From Fimbriosthenelais zetlandica (Eukaryota), in assembly GCA_977030845.1 (NCBI GenBank), contig OZ365114.1:25606001-25670000 (forward strand): 64,000 nucleotides of DNA, read 5' to 3'. Of the stretch, positions 10,938-24,200 are shown piece by piece. Below the pieces are notes generated by a model, which ran no database searches, was not told the origin of the DNA, and was given only the letters and a program-made list of their open reading frames with translations. Position numbers and translations under genes: made by a program. Positions within the stretch are counted from its first letter, which is position 1, and each line of letters starts with the position of its first letter.

Positions 10938-13119
10938 AGCGGATCACACAGACAACACCCTGTCATCTTTATCTACTTATAATCCTAACTCAACTTTGAT
11001 CTGCATTATAAATACTGATGTTAAGCATGTTCTAGACATTCAATATCACTGGACTGGAGGTGAAAGGGTTTTTAAAGTGCAATGTATCGAGATTGGAACA
11101 TCAGAATGACAGAGGTATAGTGATGTAAAAGCCACAATGTGGCATTCATCAGCTAAGTGCTAAAAACTCAGGAAAGGGCAATGAAAGGACTTTAAAAGCT
11201 GATTTCTGAGAAACACAAGGAAACAAGAATCACTACTGAAAGATACACCCTTTCACTGAGATATCTTTGATCTTCAAAGAGCCAACAAAAAGTAGACTTT
11301 TAAAAAATGATTTAATAGTTTACATGCTATGAGGGCCTCAGGAGAATGGCAAAATCAAGGCAGAATATGTGGTATTTCATCCCAAAGAACGCCATGTTCT
11401 ACCAAGCTTCTTACATGATTGCAATCTTTGATTCTGTTCTCCTTTTCTTGGCACCCTTCTTTTTGCCATATTATGCCTATTATCCCCGTTATTTTCACTT
11501 CAGTGCCCCCTCACACTGGGTCAGGTGACACCCACAAAGTTGTTCCCGTTTGACGTCCCTGTTGGAAACGGGGGCGAACTAGTATCTTCAAGAATATGGC
11601 CAAAATGATGATGATGACCATGTAAAATAAGATGACGAAGGATTATGGGAGTTGTGTAGATAGTGAGGGTATGAGTTGAGAGTATGACAGAGCATGACCC
11701 GGTCAGGAGGAATGTTACACATGTTCTTTTAATATACACATCATACATCATTGGGCGTCTGCTAACGCTCACCATAACAAGCTCCTCTCACCCAGTCACG
11801 CTTTTCTCAGAACAATGACAGATTTGACTTGATTTTGAAGCTGTTCTTCCTTTTAACACGCCACTTTTTTTAATGGGCGGCCTCGTTAAAAGCTGGTTTA
11901 CATACCATTGTCTGCTTCTCAGAAGTAGGACCTTAAAATCCTTAAAAGCCGCCTAGATCTTTACAATCCCAAAGGGGAATTAGTGTTAGATTTATTTTAT
12001 GAAAATATAATAAAAAAACACTGATATATTAAATGTATTATCATATGTAATTATCATATATATGTAATTAGATATATCATTAAAATATAGGAAGTTTCAC
12101 TGGCACAGTAGGTTTCAGTTAACCTCAGAATCACATGGAGAAATATAATTTTCTTAGACATCAAAGAGAAATAGTATCTGATGTCATTGCATGATAACCT
12201 GCCTCACCTTCTTATAGTTGACTCCAATGATTCTTGATAAGGACTACTTCTCCTCGTGTTGGTAGCAATAACTCACTCACTAATGGAAGCTTATGGCACT
12301 CCTAGAGCTGTAAATAGTCCTCAACTAAGGAGCTACAACCCACACACAGTCCTATAACTCAATCCACTCCTTCATCTCACCTATATCTATCATATCAATA
12401 CCTCCTAGAGGGACAGGCCCATGGAAAAGTTGCATGCCAAGTCCACTCGAGAAGAGGAATAAAGATGGAAGGTGAAGTCATAAAGATCCATCCATGAAGA
12501 AGTGGTCCCATCAAGAGATGGGGGAGAGCAGGGAGTGGGTATGAAGTATGGAGATGATATAACATATTAGTGACATGTTGTGGAGTAGGGGAGGAAGGGG
12601 AGAGTAATGGGAGATGTTATGGATACATCCTCCTACTTTCACTCCCACTAGGATGTTATAGTTTAGCTTACAACTTGCCGTTACATGCTCTAGCCCCCAT
12701 ATATACTCTCTCCAGAATCACTTGGCAGCCGAGTGTTGAAAGGTGACGGGGTGAGAGGGCAGGGAGATGGCTACAGTGGAGATTGGATTCCATAGCTTGT
12801 ATCATTAAATATGGGGCAGATAGGAAATTAATATAAAAATGAGCAGCGAAATGAGCAAAAATGACACAAATGTGACGTGGGAATGGGAAACAATGGGATT
12901 ATACTTCTCATACCGTTCTGCTATTATTGCTATAGGTCTATGTGGCCCTCTATATGTAGCCCTCTTTGAAGTCTGTGCCAAGTTATTCCTGACACTGTAG
13001 CTCTCTCTCCTCTCCCTTCTCTCCTCCTGTGTCTTCTGCAAATATCGCAGTAGGAATCCTTGCCCTCATCTGTCATATATACATAACTGACTGTCACATG
13101 GCCAGCCCTCTACCACTTC

Positions 13120-13520
13120 CCCAGCCCCGCCTCCTGCTCTGTCAATCTGTTCATGATTGACGGAGCCGCGAACTCATTAATAGTCATTACTGAGCTAATC
13201 CCGGAGCAAGAGTTAAGCTGAGTAAAAGACCTCCCGAGAGGTGAGGTAAGTCACTATAATGACGGGAACGAAACACAGCGTTTTGGGCTTTGCGCTCATG
13301 GCACAGGCCACATTTTATAGAGACTCCCGCCTTGGTCTCTCTCCACAAAGTTTGAAACGCTAGTGTGACAGAGAGAGCGCTCCTAAATTAAGTGCATGAA
13401 CGCATAGCCTCTGCAACTCGATTCGAAAATCTAATCAGTGCGCTTGATTATTGGCGTTTTTTTCTCTGAAGTCATATGACAAGAAAAACGCAAGCAACCA
13501 GATGCGTTCGCAGTCTGTCA
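13120..13520. promoter_or_regulatory. CpG-retaining, promoter-like island
   Basis: About 21 CpG in ~400 bp by hand count, against very few in the flanking 12.0-12.6 kb. It has GC boxes (CCCCGCCTC ~13124, CCCGCC ~13326), ATTGG at ~13450 and a + strand GAG|GTAAGT at 13245/13246. Confidence 0.45.
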
Positions 13521-14769
13521 CAGCCATAATCCTTCTCTATTGGATATGTTGTACTTTTACTAACTCTTACGAAGCTCATGGCCTCAAAAGTGCTTTGTCC
13601 TAGACTATAGGGATATATCCTATTCAAAGGGCAATGAAATTGATTGTTGTCTAAGAAGCAGCATAAAACCTTGGCCGTCAAGTCTAAATATAAACTGATA
13701 TCTATAGCACAATCCCCATGAGGCCTTGGGGGCATTTTATACCAGGTCAAAAATAAGAACGGTCTGAAAAATGAGTCAATCAATGGGGAAGAGAGAAGCA
13801 GGAAGCAGAATGTGTCTGCCTGATGTTTGCAGACATATTATCCAGGCATGGAGTGGAGTAATTGAGCCAGTTATGTTGATTGAGGCCAGGCCTGATTATT
13901 CTACTTGAGTGTAATTTGCCTGTGTAACTGGGAGTTGGCTCATAACTCCTGTGTTCAATGACCCTCTGATGAGGCCTAATGGAGCAGCTCAGGGTCAGGG
14001 ATAAGTGTTGGGGAGCAGGTCCCTGTAGGAAGTAACTGCTCATCTAGGCCAGGTCATGATCATGTGAGATTACCAGCCTAATCAGCTCCATGTTCAACTC
14101 ACTATCATCTATTTTGACAACTGTCATGTATTGCTGGATATGTATGGAGCTACTCAACCTTGTGGGAGTTACTCCCGTATAGGGAGTTGCTCCTGTATAC
14201 AGGGAATTGCTCATTTATCAAGTATCAAGTATGTATAGATTAAAATACGGACTAATCCCTGTTCCCCAATTCCATCAATGTTCACATAAATTATCTATTA
14301 ACTGTTCGCGAATTTCTAACTAAAGACTTTAAAACCATTTCTGACAACATCAGGCATTATAGATGTATAATGTAGTGGGCCATTTGAGCGTCTCGTTGCC
14401 TGAGCATGAAGTGACAGTGTGACAGCAGTGTCTCACCACTAGACACCTCTAGGATTTCACTTTAAATTTTTAACCTGGGAGTGTAATATTCCCCCATTAT
14501 AAGTGAGACGCTCGCCGTGTTCCCCCTGGAGGTGGGATCATCTTCTCCTTATGTTAAACCAACTGGTTTTCTTTCTCATTAAGGGAGGCTACCACCAGCA
14601 GTGTAGAGGCGGGGGGGGGGCAGCTGAGGATATAGGAGAGACCCACCTGAGGGCATCTTGTAGGGCGTGCCCTCCTCAATGCTATCACGACAGCTAAGCC
14701 CACCAGAGGCGCCCCATCTGACTCTAGTTAATGGAGCTGATGATGGGAACTATACTTCTAAAATGGAAC

Positions 14770-15010
14770 AGAGACAGTGGGGGAGAGAGAGGGAGGGACA
14801 GAGAGGGAAGGGGGGAAAGAGAGGAGATGGAGAGGAATGCGACATAGAGATAGAGAGAGAGGGAGGGAGGGAGAGTGAGAGAGACAGAAAGGCAGAAAGA
14901 AAGGGAGACCATGGCAGAGGAGAGGAATGAGAGAGAAAGAGAGAAGTGAGAGATTGGAGATTAGAAAGAGAGGAATCAGAGAGAGAAAGGGTGAGAGAAA
15001 GTCTGTATTC
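14770..15010 (+). repeat. GA-rich polypurine low-complexity tract
   Basis: Degenerate (GA)n/(GGA)n sequence. Confidence 0.9.
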
Positions 15011-16740
15011 TGAACATGGCAGTCTGTGGAAAGACAGAGAAAAACCGTTAAAACGAGAGAAACACCATGAAACACAAATATTTAGCCTGTCATTTTTCTC
15101 TGGATCCCCGCTGTGTGTAAACAGCATCAAACTGGGTGGGAATAAGAATGAGAGATCGGTAGGTGGAGAGACAGAGAGAGGCCAGGCTAAATCCTCAATG
15201 AGATGGCACATCAAGGGCTATTGAACTCCTCTTCACTAATGCAGACAATACACCATGGTAAATATTAATTTCCTTTGCCATAAAGGACCTGAAACTATCT
15301 CAAACATGGCTAATAAAGTGGTAGAATATCTGCCATAATCCATCTGATTTCATCGGAAGTTGACCAGAAACTTGGAAGGTTCCCTATTTAGCCTAACTCA
15401 AGACATCCAACTGGCGTAGAAACCCTGCCTGTACATACGACCTTTAGATTTAATCAAACAATGACACGCAGGAGACAGTTCTAAAGGAATAAATCCCACT
15501 TGTACCAACTGCTGAACTTAAATGAAGACCAGAAAATTAAAATGAACATCATGTGCCACGGTTCTATTCCCGGTATCGATTCTCAGTAGCTTTGGTTTTT
15601 ATGAAACTTCATTTCCATTGCACGTCTCGGAGGAAGCCATCTTAGAAATGAGAAGAAGATTTTTGGATTGAGATTTGATTCAGGGACAGTAAAATGCGGT
15701 ATTGGTTGTGATGTCATTGTGACATCTGATGTCAGTGGGAGATGCCTCATTGTCAGGGAGGTATAGATCCGGGAGGCTGATTGTGAGAAATAAAATGAAA
15801 ATTCGTCACGTGGGTATGAGATCCTGGTGATACCATTACACATGGTAATATTATCGTTATCTCTCATATCAACTTCCTCCTACTGCCATACTTTGTCCTA
15901 CTGAGCTAAATAAATCAACGGTACAAATTACACCTCATTATAGCTAAAAGCAATCCGAATCCCTCACATTTTAAATGGAGAATTTCAATCATTTTCATTG
16001 TGGAAATGACATAAAATATGTTCGACTAAATTTGAATTTCACTGTGAAAAGATATAACAATGAAACAACCTAATCAGCATTATTTTCATACTGAGGAAAT
16101 ACTAAATTCATAAATTGTATATATGGAGTAATGTGTTTCTATTATAAACAACTCATAAGGTTTCTCCTGCATTTCCAGATAGAGTAGGATATCTAGAAGG
16201 TGATGATCAGCCCCCAGCATCCTACTACTCTACGACCCTTCCATTATTGATTATTCCATAATTTAATTCCCACAATTTCTCCCAAATCTCCCGGGTCAGA
16301 TTGTGGAGTATATTCTGGTCTATAAATTAGGAGGGATCTCAAAAATTGGAGCTGGGGAGACGGGTGGGGAGATGGTGGAGGGGAGAGAGGCTGAATGGGG
16401 GGCAGTAATTGGTTTATCCCATCAATACACGAGCCAGGCCTGGTACTGCCTGGAATCCCTCAGAACACGGGCAAACCGTGTGAGGACATGGCAGCAGTAG
16501 ATTTGTAGAATGTTCAGCTAAATGCTAGGCTTGTCTATAGTATTTCTAGGTGCAGGATCTGGGTTCACTCCCATTTGCCGTGCTAACCTATAACATTTCG
16601 TGAAGCTGAAATTAGTATATTTTTTCAACTTACCGAGTGGGTGCCCCGGGAAATGTTACATATATGTATGCTGGTCTACGTGTTTTGCTGACATATCATA
16701 TGCTATATTGGTGTGGGTATATTAGTTCTATTTTCTCCTA

Positions 16741-16960
16741 TAGTTGGTTAAGTGACTTATGGCAGCTTTTAATTGCTCTTGGCATTATACCTATGTTCTC
16801 TTGCTCTAGCTTTGCTGACCTATGAAGTTTTATATCTTTGTTTGTATACATGTTCTTCTGTAGTTGGTTCAATGACTTATGGAAGCTTATAGTTAGGCTT
16901 GGTATATGTTATATGCGTGTGACTGTAGTTGGCTTTGAGACTTCATGGCAGTATATTATA
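16741..16960. repeat. Degenerate ~60-bp minisatellite
   Basis: tagttggtt.a.tgacttatgg.agctt occurs at 16741 and 16861, with diverged units at ~16801 and ~16926. Confidence 0.65.
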
Positions 16961-17312
16961 AGGGGGAATATTGTGGCAGGCGGCACCAGCGAGTCGGCCA
17001 CCGGGACAGGGAGGAAGGGATGCTCACATAGCAGGGCCAGACCTGGCCTTTGATAATTCATTACATTATCCTTACACCACAGACAAAGGCCACAACATGG
17101 GCCTCCCACTAATTACTCTGTCACTCACGGCATCCAAACAATCAGTCCACACAGGTATAAATCACCAGCAGGGAGAACACAGGGGGAGAAACACAGGGGG
17201 ATGCATGTAAACTTACTGCACTGCTGAGTGACGAATGCTAAAAACTGAGATTTAGTTTTCGTTTTTCTTCTCCCAGCTTCTACGGGACAGGAGGCAAAGT
17301 AAAATGAGACTC

Positions 17313-17400
17313 AGAGAGAGAGAGAAAGAGAGAGAGAGAGTGAGAGGGGGGGGGGGAGAGGGAGAGAGAAAGAAAGGGAGAGCAAGAGAGATAGAGAGTA
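17313..17400 (+). repeat. (GA)n microsatellite with internal poly-G
   Basis: Read directly from the sequence. Confidence 0.9.
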
Positions 17401-18203
17401 ATATGAACAGCAATAGAGTAATAGAGACAGATGGGATAGAGGGATAATTGCCTGTACACAATTACTGATATTAAAGGTCATGGAAGTATCTTCTAATACC
17501 TGGGTCTTCTCAATACCAACTTCTACCATAACTTCTCTTGGACCCTCAGAATAGGAGGACAGACATCCTCAGGGGAGGCTGAAGGAAGAGTGCCCGGATT
17601 TAGATTTCGATAATCTTTAGAGCGCTCGTGGGCACGATGAGTGGACTCTTTAACAGTTTCCTACAGACCTGCCAGGAGACCCAGGCTCTATAAGGACGAC
17701 CTCACAATCAATAATACACACAGGGAGGTTTCTCACGGCTTCACACAAACATAAGCCACGAATTAGGCTAGAATATATGTCCAATACCTAATGGGTTTGT
17801 TTCTTTCCATGTCCACATTTTCTCAGAATTGAGTGCAAAGAAATCTAGTTTTCCGAATACCATTGGTTTGGGAAATATTATCTGAGAATAGAGGGTAAGA
17901 CAGTAGCACAGAAGATGTAAAAACGACATGTTTTATGTTTAAATGTGGATCAAGTTATGACAAGGGAAGCCCATACAGACTGTATAGCTTATAGCTTATA
18001 ATAACGGATGGCTGGTTGTGGTGGTCTTAGTATTGTCAGCACAAAGACAAAACAGGTGATCGGAAGAGCGGTGACTGCCGTGTCTAGACAAACTAAAATA
18101 GCTATCAGTTATCACTGGGTGGCTGAGCTCCTTACCGGCTCAACACCGTGTACGGTTTACCTTCTATACTGGCCTCCACGGCCATGTATGGCATACGTTA
18201 CAA

Positions 18204-18320
18204 GAGCGAGAGATGGGGGGGGGGGGGGCGGAGAGAGAGAGAGAGAGCGAGGGAGAGAGCGAGAGAAAGGGAAAGACAGAGAGGTAGACAGAGAGACAGG
18301 GAGAGACAGAGAGATAGGTA
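18204..18320 (+). repeat. Poly-G plus (GA)n microsatellite
   Basis: Read directly from the sequence. Confidence 0.9.
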
Positions 18321-20044
18321 ATTGTAAGTGAAATGTATAGGAATATGATAACCATGAGTAGACTTGAGAAATATTTTTTTAATAATTAAACGCAGAAACC
18401 ACTTTCAGGTTTTATGCCACACCCAATTGATACAGCAGTGCGTTTGTGACAAAAGTACTTACTCAGTGAACTTACTTCTGTACCGGACATATCCTTTACA
18501 GGATTAATTATTAATACTATATCAGAGAATAAGTTGATATATTCAGACCACACCCTGCATTCCACAAGCAGTTAATATATCATACAGTGTGGGTGTACAA
18601 TACATTAACTTCAGCTACATCTCAATTACAATGAATGGCGACATAATATGTGAGTTGATAACTTGTGATAAAAGGTAATACCAGCTGTATAATCTCAGAT
18701 GGTGCTGGAGAAATGATTGTAACAGAGGATGCACTCCCACAGGAGTAGTATGGATTCAAGACACAATATGGATCAAAGATTTAAACTGTCTCCTGTCTCT
18801 GTCTCCTTGCACATTTGCTGTTTGGGTTTTCAAATATTCAGTATAGAATTCATGTGCTAAATAATTGATTATTATGTCCAGCACTTTCATATTCTTCCCC
18901 AGTGCCTGCCCCAGAATGCCCATTGGGGCGCCGTCTGTGGTGAATGGTGTGGTGGGTGGCACCACCGTGTGGTTGGGAGACTTGACTACTGTCGATACAT
19001 TCTTGCTGTAAGAAATGACAGCCCTTGGGGCACTATATTCCAGCCCTGTCCCTGATGAATACAGACGTTCTTCTGCCGATGTGAAAGCAGTTATCGATCA
19101 TATATGAGGGCTTGACACCGAACAACCAAAACCTTTCACTCTGTTCCACCCAGTGAATGCCGCTCGACTTAGAAGTCTCATTCGATCACTGCCATCTCTC
19201 TCTACCTACTATGTTATCAATGGTGAGGTGACATATCCCTTTCTATTGCTTGACAGTGTGCTGAAGCATAGAGAGAGGCTTATGGACTATTGTAGCAGAA
19301 CTGCAGCCATTTTGTGCCGTTTTTGGTCCTTGTGCAGACTGGTGGAAATTATGGGCAATCTGTTTGTTCAAGGTTGACAGTACCACCCTGCCAGTCTTTT
19401 GGAGCTACAGAAACTTTGAGATCAATATAAATTTGATTTCAATACTTACTTCTGATTGTGACCCAAGGTCCATAAAAGCCCTTGGTAAATTTATAGTTAT
19501 CACAGAATGCCAACAGAAATATTTTATTTTTGATGCAAAAGTGCAAACTTATTTGTCAAGTTTCTGATGAATATATCTCATTTTCTATACAAAAGTACAA
19601 TCTTATTTATCAGCAGACCTCTTCAATACAACATAACCAATGTCTGCAGGATGGTTTCAGCATCTACCACCATCTATTTCCAGTGAACATCCAAGACATT
19701 CAGGGAGGGGATCCCTTCTCATTTTGCCTTAATGATAAAACCATTGAGCACTGAGTACATTCAATTTTCTGCCTTCACTAGCAGTTGACTGATGCCTGTG
19801 GGGGTAATGGAGGATGATAGGGCGGTGGTAGGATATAGTAGAAGGTCTGATTACCTCTATGCGTGTGAACAAGTCATGGCTACTCCCAAACCGTGAACAG
19901 CAAACCTTGCCCTTCCACGATAACTGCTCCATTCTCATTCCATATCCATCTAAAGGTTAAACTTGTGATTCCCATTGAGAATGATTGAAACTCATGTTCC
20001 TGACATTTTCCTTCTCTCGGTCTATTAGTACCGACACACATTGG

Positions 20045-20244
20045 TTGGATGAATACTGCAGATTATGAGGTCTTTAAATACTATTGAGAGCTTGCAATCT
20101 AATTTATAATTCACCAAGTTGCCACTATTTCTCAATTCTCATGCTAAAAATCTCAAATTCATATTCTCTATATCTGCTTGGATGAATACTGAGGATTTTG
20201 AGGGGTCTTTAAATACTATTGAGAGCTTGCAATGTAATTTATAA
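20045..20244. repeat. ~65-bp direct repeat, 2 copies 133 bp apart
   Basis: ttggatgaatactg...gtctttaaatactattgagagcttgcaat.taatttataa at 20045-20109 and 20178-20244. Confidence 0.85.
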
Positions 20245-21146
20245 AGCGTCATAGAAGGTCTCAAAGTTTATATTCGATATCATTAATATGTAAGATAAAT
20301 GCTGCTTGCATATTGCCAATGGAACCAAATTTGCAATGTTATGCAAAATTCCGAGCAGGATAGCAGAAGTGGTTCTAAGTTCCATGAGAAAGGTGGATGA
20401 ATCAACTGTTGATCTTACTGGCCTAATCAGGACGACTCACCTATAATCACTTGTTCTGACAGGTAAGCAGGATTCTATTGTATGCTGCTCTAACTCCATC
20501 ATCTCACCTGCTAAACGGTGGTGGAGTGAGCAGGTAGGGAGCAGCTCCCGTGTATATAAGAGGCATCTACTGCTCACCTCCACCCGGGAACCTCGTTTAT
20601 AACCCGCCTTATCAGACTCACAAGGGTGAAGGTATTCACCAACATTCTCACCCAAGTTACATATTTATGAAGACTCACTTTGTAAGGAAGTATTAACTCC
20701 ATATCCAGTTCCTGATATAAGGTTATAATATAAAGCTACTGACAGTATATAAGCACAACTTGTATAGAAGGAAAGTTCATAACTTTTTGTTTTATATGCA
20801 GTATTTATGGCAGGACGTAACGAGTTCCATGTTATTTAAAGCACTCCATGCAAATTTTACAAATGCAATATCGAAGCGAAGCTGGAAGTCATGAATATTT
20901 ATAGGAGCGAGCATTGATGGCATTCTGTATTCACGTTTAACAGGCCTCAGCTGCTCAACTCATCTGTGCAGCTTCAATTTGTTCTCCCTCTTATCAGACA
21001 CTGCGAGGGCAAAGTATTTCATGGCCATTCCAGTCGACACGTTACACAATGTGAGAGTTATAACACTGGAGCATCCAAGCCGCCTCGAGGAGAGGCCAAC
21101 ACTCCGGGAGAGATAGATATATTGTTTGCAAGAAACTGTTGTAAAG

Positions 21147-21231
21147 ATAACCAAATGCATGCACAGATCTATAACCAAATTCATGCACAGATAACCAAAT
21201 GCGTGCACAGATCTATAACCAAATGCATGCA
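21147..21231. repeat. 20/24-bp tandem repeat (ataaccaaatgcatgcacag[atct]), ~4 copies
   Basis: Read directly from the sequence. Confidence 0.9.
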
Positions 21232-24200
21232 GTTTCATCATAGAAACAGCTTTATTCAATGGAATCTGCTTGGACTCAGAGTCCCATCTCAGTGTATAGT
21301 TCTGAGCTAAACAGCCTATGTCAAAAGTTCAGACTATAGGTCGAGCAGCTGGAATAGGATGAAGATATTTCACTAAATTTTTATTAGAATTGTAAGAGTT
21401 CTACTAGACATACTGCCATAGATCAGCTGCCAAGCGGGCTGGTCGTGTTCACCAGCGTGGGAATGCCCCACAACAACCTGCTTTCTCTGAGAGCCAGTCA
21501 TCACTTGGGAGGTTTTTGCTGAAATATTCATTTTTAATGTTTTCTGACAGGAAGAAAAAAGCATGAGAACTTGGCACTGTTCTGTATCTCTGAGTGAAGG
21601 GATGTGAATGCTAACTCGATTGTACAATGAGAATATTTTTCTCACCTACACCTAAGGAAGCTGGCATTTAAGGGATTTTCCCTTTCTCTTCAGCAAATTA
21701 CTTCACAGAGTTATAAATGCTGCTATTGACCCCCTGATTCTTTCTCCTCGGGGAGCTTTTCAAAATCAATTAACTGGAAGAGTAGAAATAAAGCATGGAA
21801 CTAATGTCAAACGAGGCATTGGATTTAAAAATATTTTAGCATGATCGGATAAGCCATGTAATGTATGGATATTTGATAAGTTCTGTTGAGCTCAGACAAA
21901 AAGAGAAAACGCATTAGGCATCCACATAATAAAATTATCGGATAATGGGATGGAATAATATATAAATGAGAAGAGCTATAAATTATAGAGCCATGGGAAT
22001 ACAATGGACGAGGTGGGTCTGACAAAAATAAGCTCTCAGCACTCTCAGACTCTTGTCTCTGTTCTCCCATGGGTCTAGTGCTAAGACCATGTGTAAGGCA
22101 TGTGGATAGGCCACCCTCCATGTCCGCCATATGTATCATGTCACTTAGTAACCCCCTCACACACATGTGGCCCCCTACATTCACTCACTCATACACTGAT
22201 AAAGCGTGCCAGTGTTTAGCACCCTCAGCACAATGATTACACGGTAAATTGAGTGGAAACACTGGCCTACATCAACTCTATAATGGACCATACCTATCAT
22301 GTTTATACATTAATTAATTCTCAATGCTTAGCGAGCATCCCTACAGATTCATCCCATTGATTTAATGGCCAACTACAGCAAAAAGAAAAGCCTCTTACCC
22401 CAGGGATATGGCCTATGTACAAAGCCCCTTTTTAAATCAGGACATTGTCAGGAAAAGGATTTTCTATGCACATCCTAACTCCAAGCCCTAATTACCTTCA
22501 TTTCTATTAATGCCATTCTCGAGCATGTTAATTTCCGGGCTTAGCACCCCGGGGGGATGGTGGTAAGAATTGACCGAGGCTGTTGGAGTGCCTGCGGCAT
22601 CCACTGCTCCCATTACCGGTCGAGCAGCTCCTTTATCCCCGGGCGAGTCAATCCCTATACGTGCACACCCGGATCTGCTACCATGTGTGAAGGCCTTGTC
22701 TAAGATCTAACATTACCAGTCCTTACCATGTGTGTGGGGGTGAGCCATGGTTAGCGCGTGTGTATATATAATACTTGACCCCATGTCCCCCAACCAGTCA
22801 CAAGCTTCCAATACACTTCAGATATCTATGGGGGATTCTATATACCAGATAGAGATAGTATGTACTCCTGTGTCTTCCATGGCACCGTCTGCTGCCATGA
22901 CAACGAGGACTGGGTATTTAGTGACAGCAGTATCCAAGACAACAGCCCTCGACGAGCTCAGATATGTGTGCACTTTTAGATAGTGGAAACCAGACTAGGA
23001 TTTGACAGCTAGAAGAGTAGGTTAAAGCTAGATGGTGTAGTGACTGCCTTGTCTTACCTTGTCCAGGTATATATCAAAGTATAGATATCTTCCGACACCC
23101 TCTAGTGTAATATAGGGTGGTGGTCTCCACTCCTCCTCTTTCTCCAGTGATGTCTCACTATGTACTGGAGGAGCTGTCAGCTTCCAGCCTCCTCCTTCTC
23201 CTCCTGCTCCAATACCCCAGGACAATCGACAGTGGCGCCCCTATAGAGCAGTGGTGGAATGAGCAGCAGGCAGGAGAATGGTTATATAGCTGTAGGCAGT
23301 ACAGAGGACTGGCTGTATACCTTATAATATACAGGAGTAGGTATCTACAATCATAGTCATAAAACAGAACGACTCAAAGAGACATAGTCCATTGGAAACT
23401 AGTCCTTAGGCCCACATCGATCCCATAAACTGTATGTGGCAGAACCATATTTGCGACAGCAAACTTATATCTCCAATTCTTTTAAGACTTTAGGCTTCCT
23501 TATCAAAAAGCACTAATTTTCTATAGTTTAGCAATTGAGTACAGAACTGATATGACGAAAAAGGGCAAAAGAATCCAACCTACAAGGAGATTTCAAGACT
23601 CCATTTTCTTTAAGATATAAGAAATTGCCCTGTAATCGATTAAAGCACTTATGATTTATCATTAGCCTGGCCTGACCTTTCACACTGGAGTCAAACTTTG
23701 AGTGTGAATCCATCTCTCTCGAGTCAGTTTCATTAGATTAACATTCACCAGGCCTCCCAGCCAGCCCGGTTAGCAGCCCTGTTTTTATATTTTCTAATGG
23801 ACGTTCCATCAGTCTTCATTTATCCTCTGCCACTTTGCTCTGCAATTTGTTACAGACAATGTGTCCTCCTCTCCTGAATTTCAAGCCCTATCTAAAGCCT
23901 ATTTTAAGTCCTATCTAGAATGAAGTTGATAGAACGTAGATAATTAAACATTTTCTTGTGAACTACTTGCATAGTGGATGAGCATTAAGGAGTTCAATAC
24001 TAAAATATGTCAGAATAATCATGGCTGCTACAATGGCTTGATGTAGCCTGGACCAGCTGGAGGCCCAGTCTGATTTCTCTATTGCGTGACATCTCTTTTG
24101 TGAGTGAAATCAAAGAACATGCAATACTGAGAATTATTTTCTCTATCAATGTTTTTTATGCCATTGCAGAAATAAACACAGACCTGTGGACTTTCAAATC

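Noticed and set aside
14667-15224. Multiple 60-154 aa ORFs rich in S/L/P or E/R/G, and similar ones at 17.2-17.5, 18.0-18.4, 30.7-31.1 and 39.1-39.3 kb
   Set aside because: They are translations of GA/CT microsatellites.
21339-22629. GGTCGAGCAGCT occurring twice (21339, 22618)
   Set aside because: Many 12-mer pairs are expected by chance in 64 kb.
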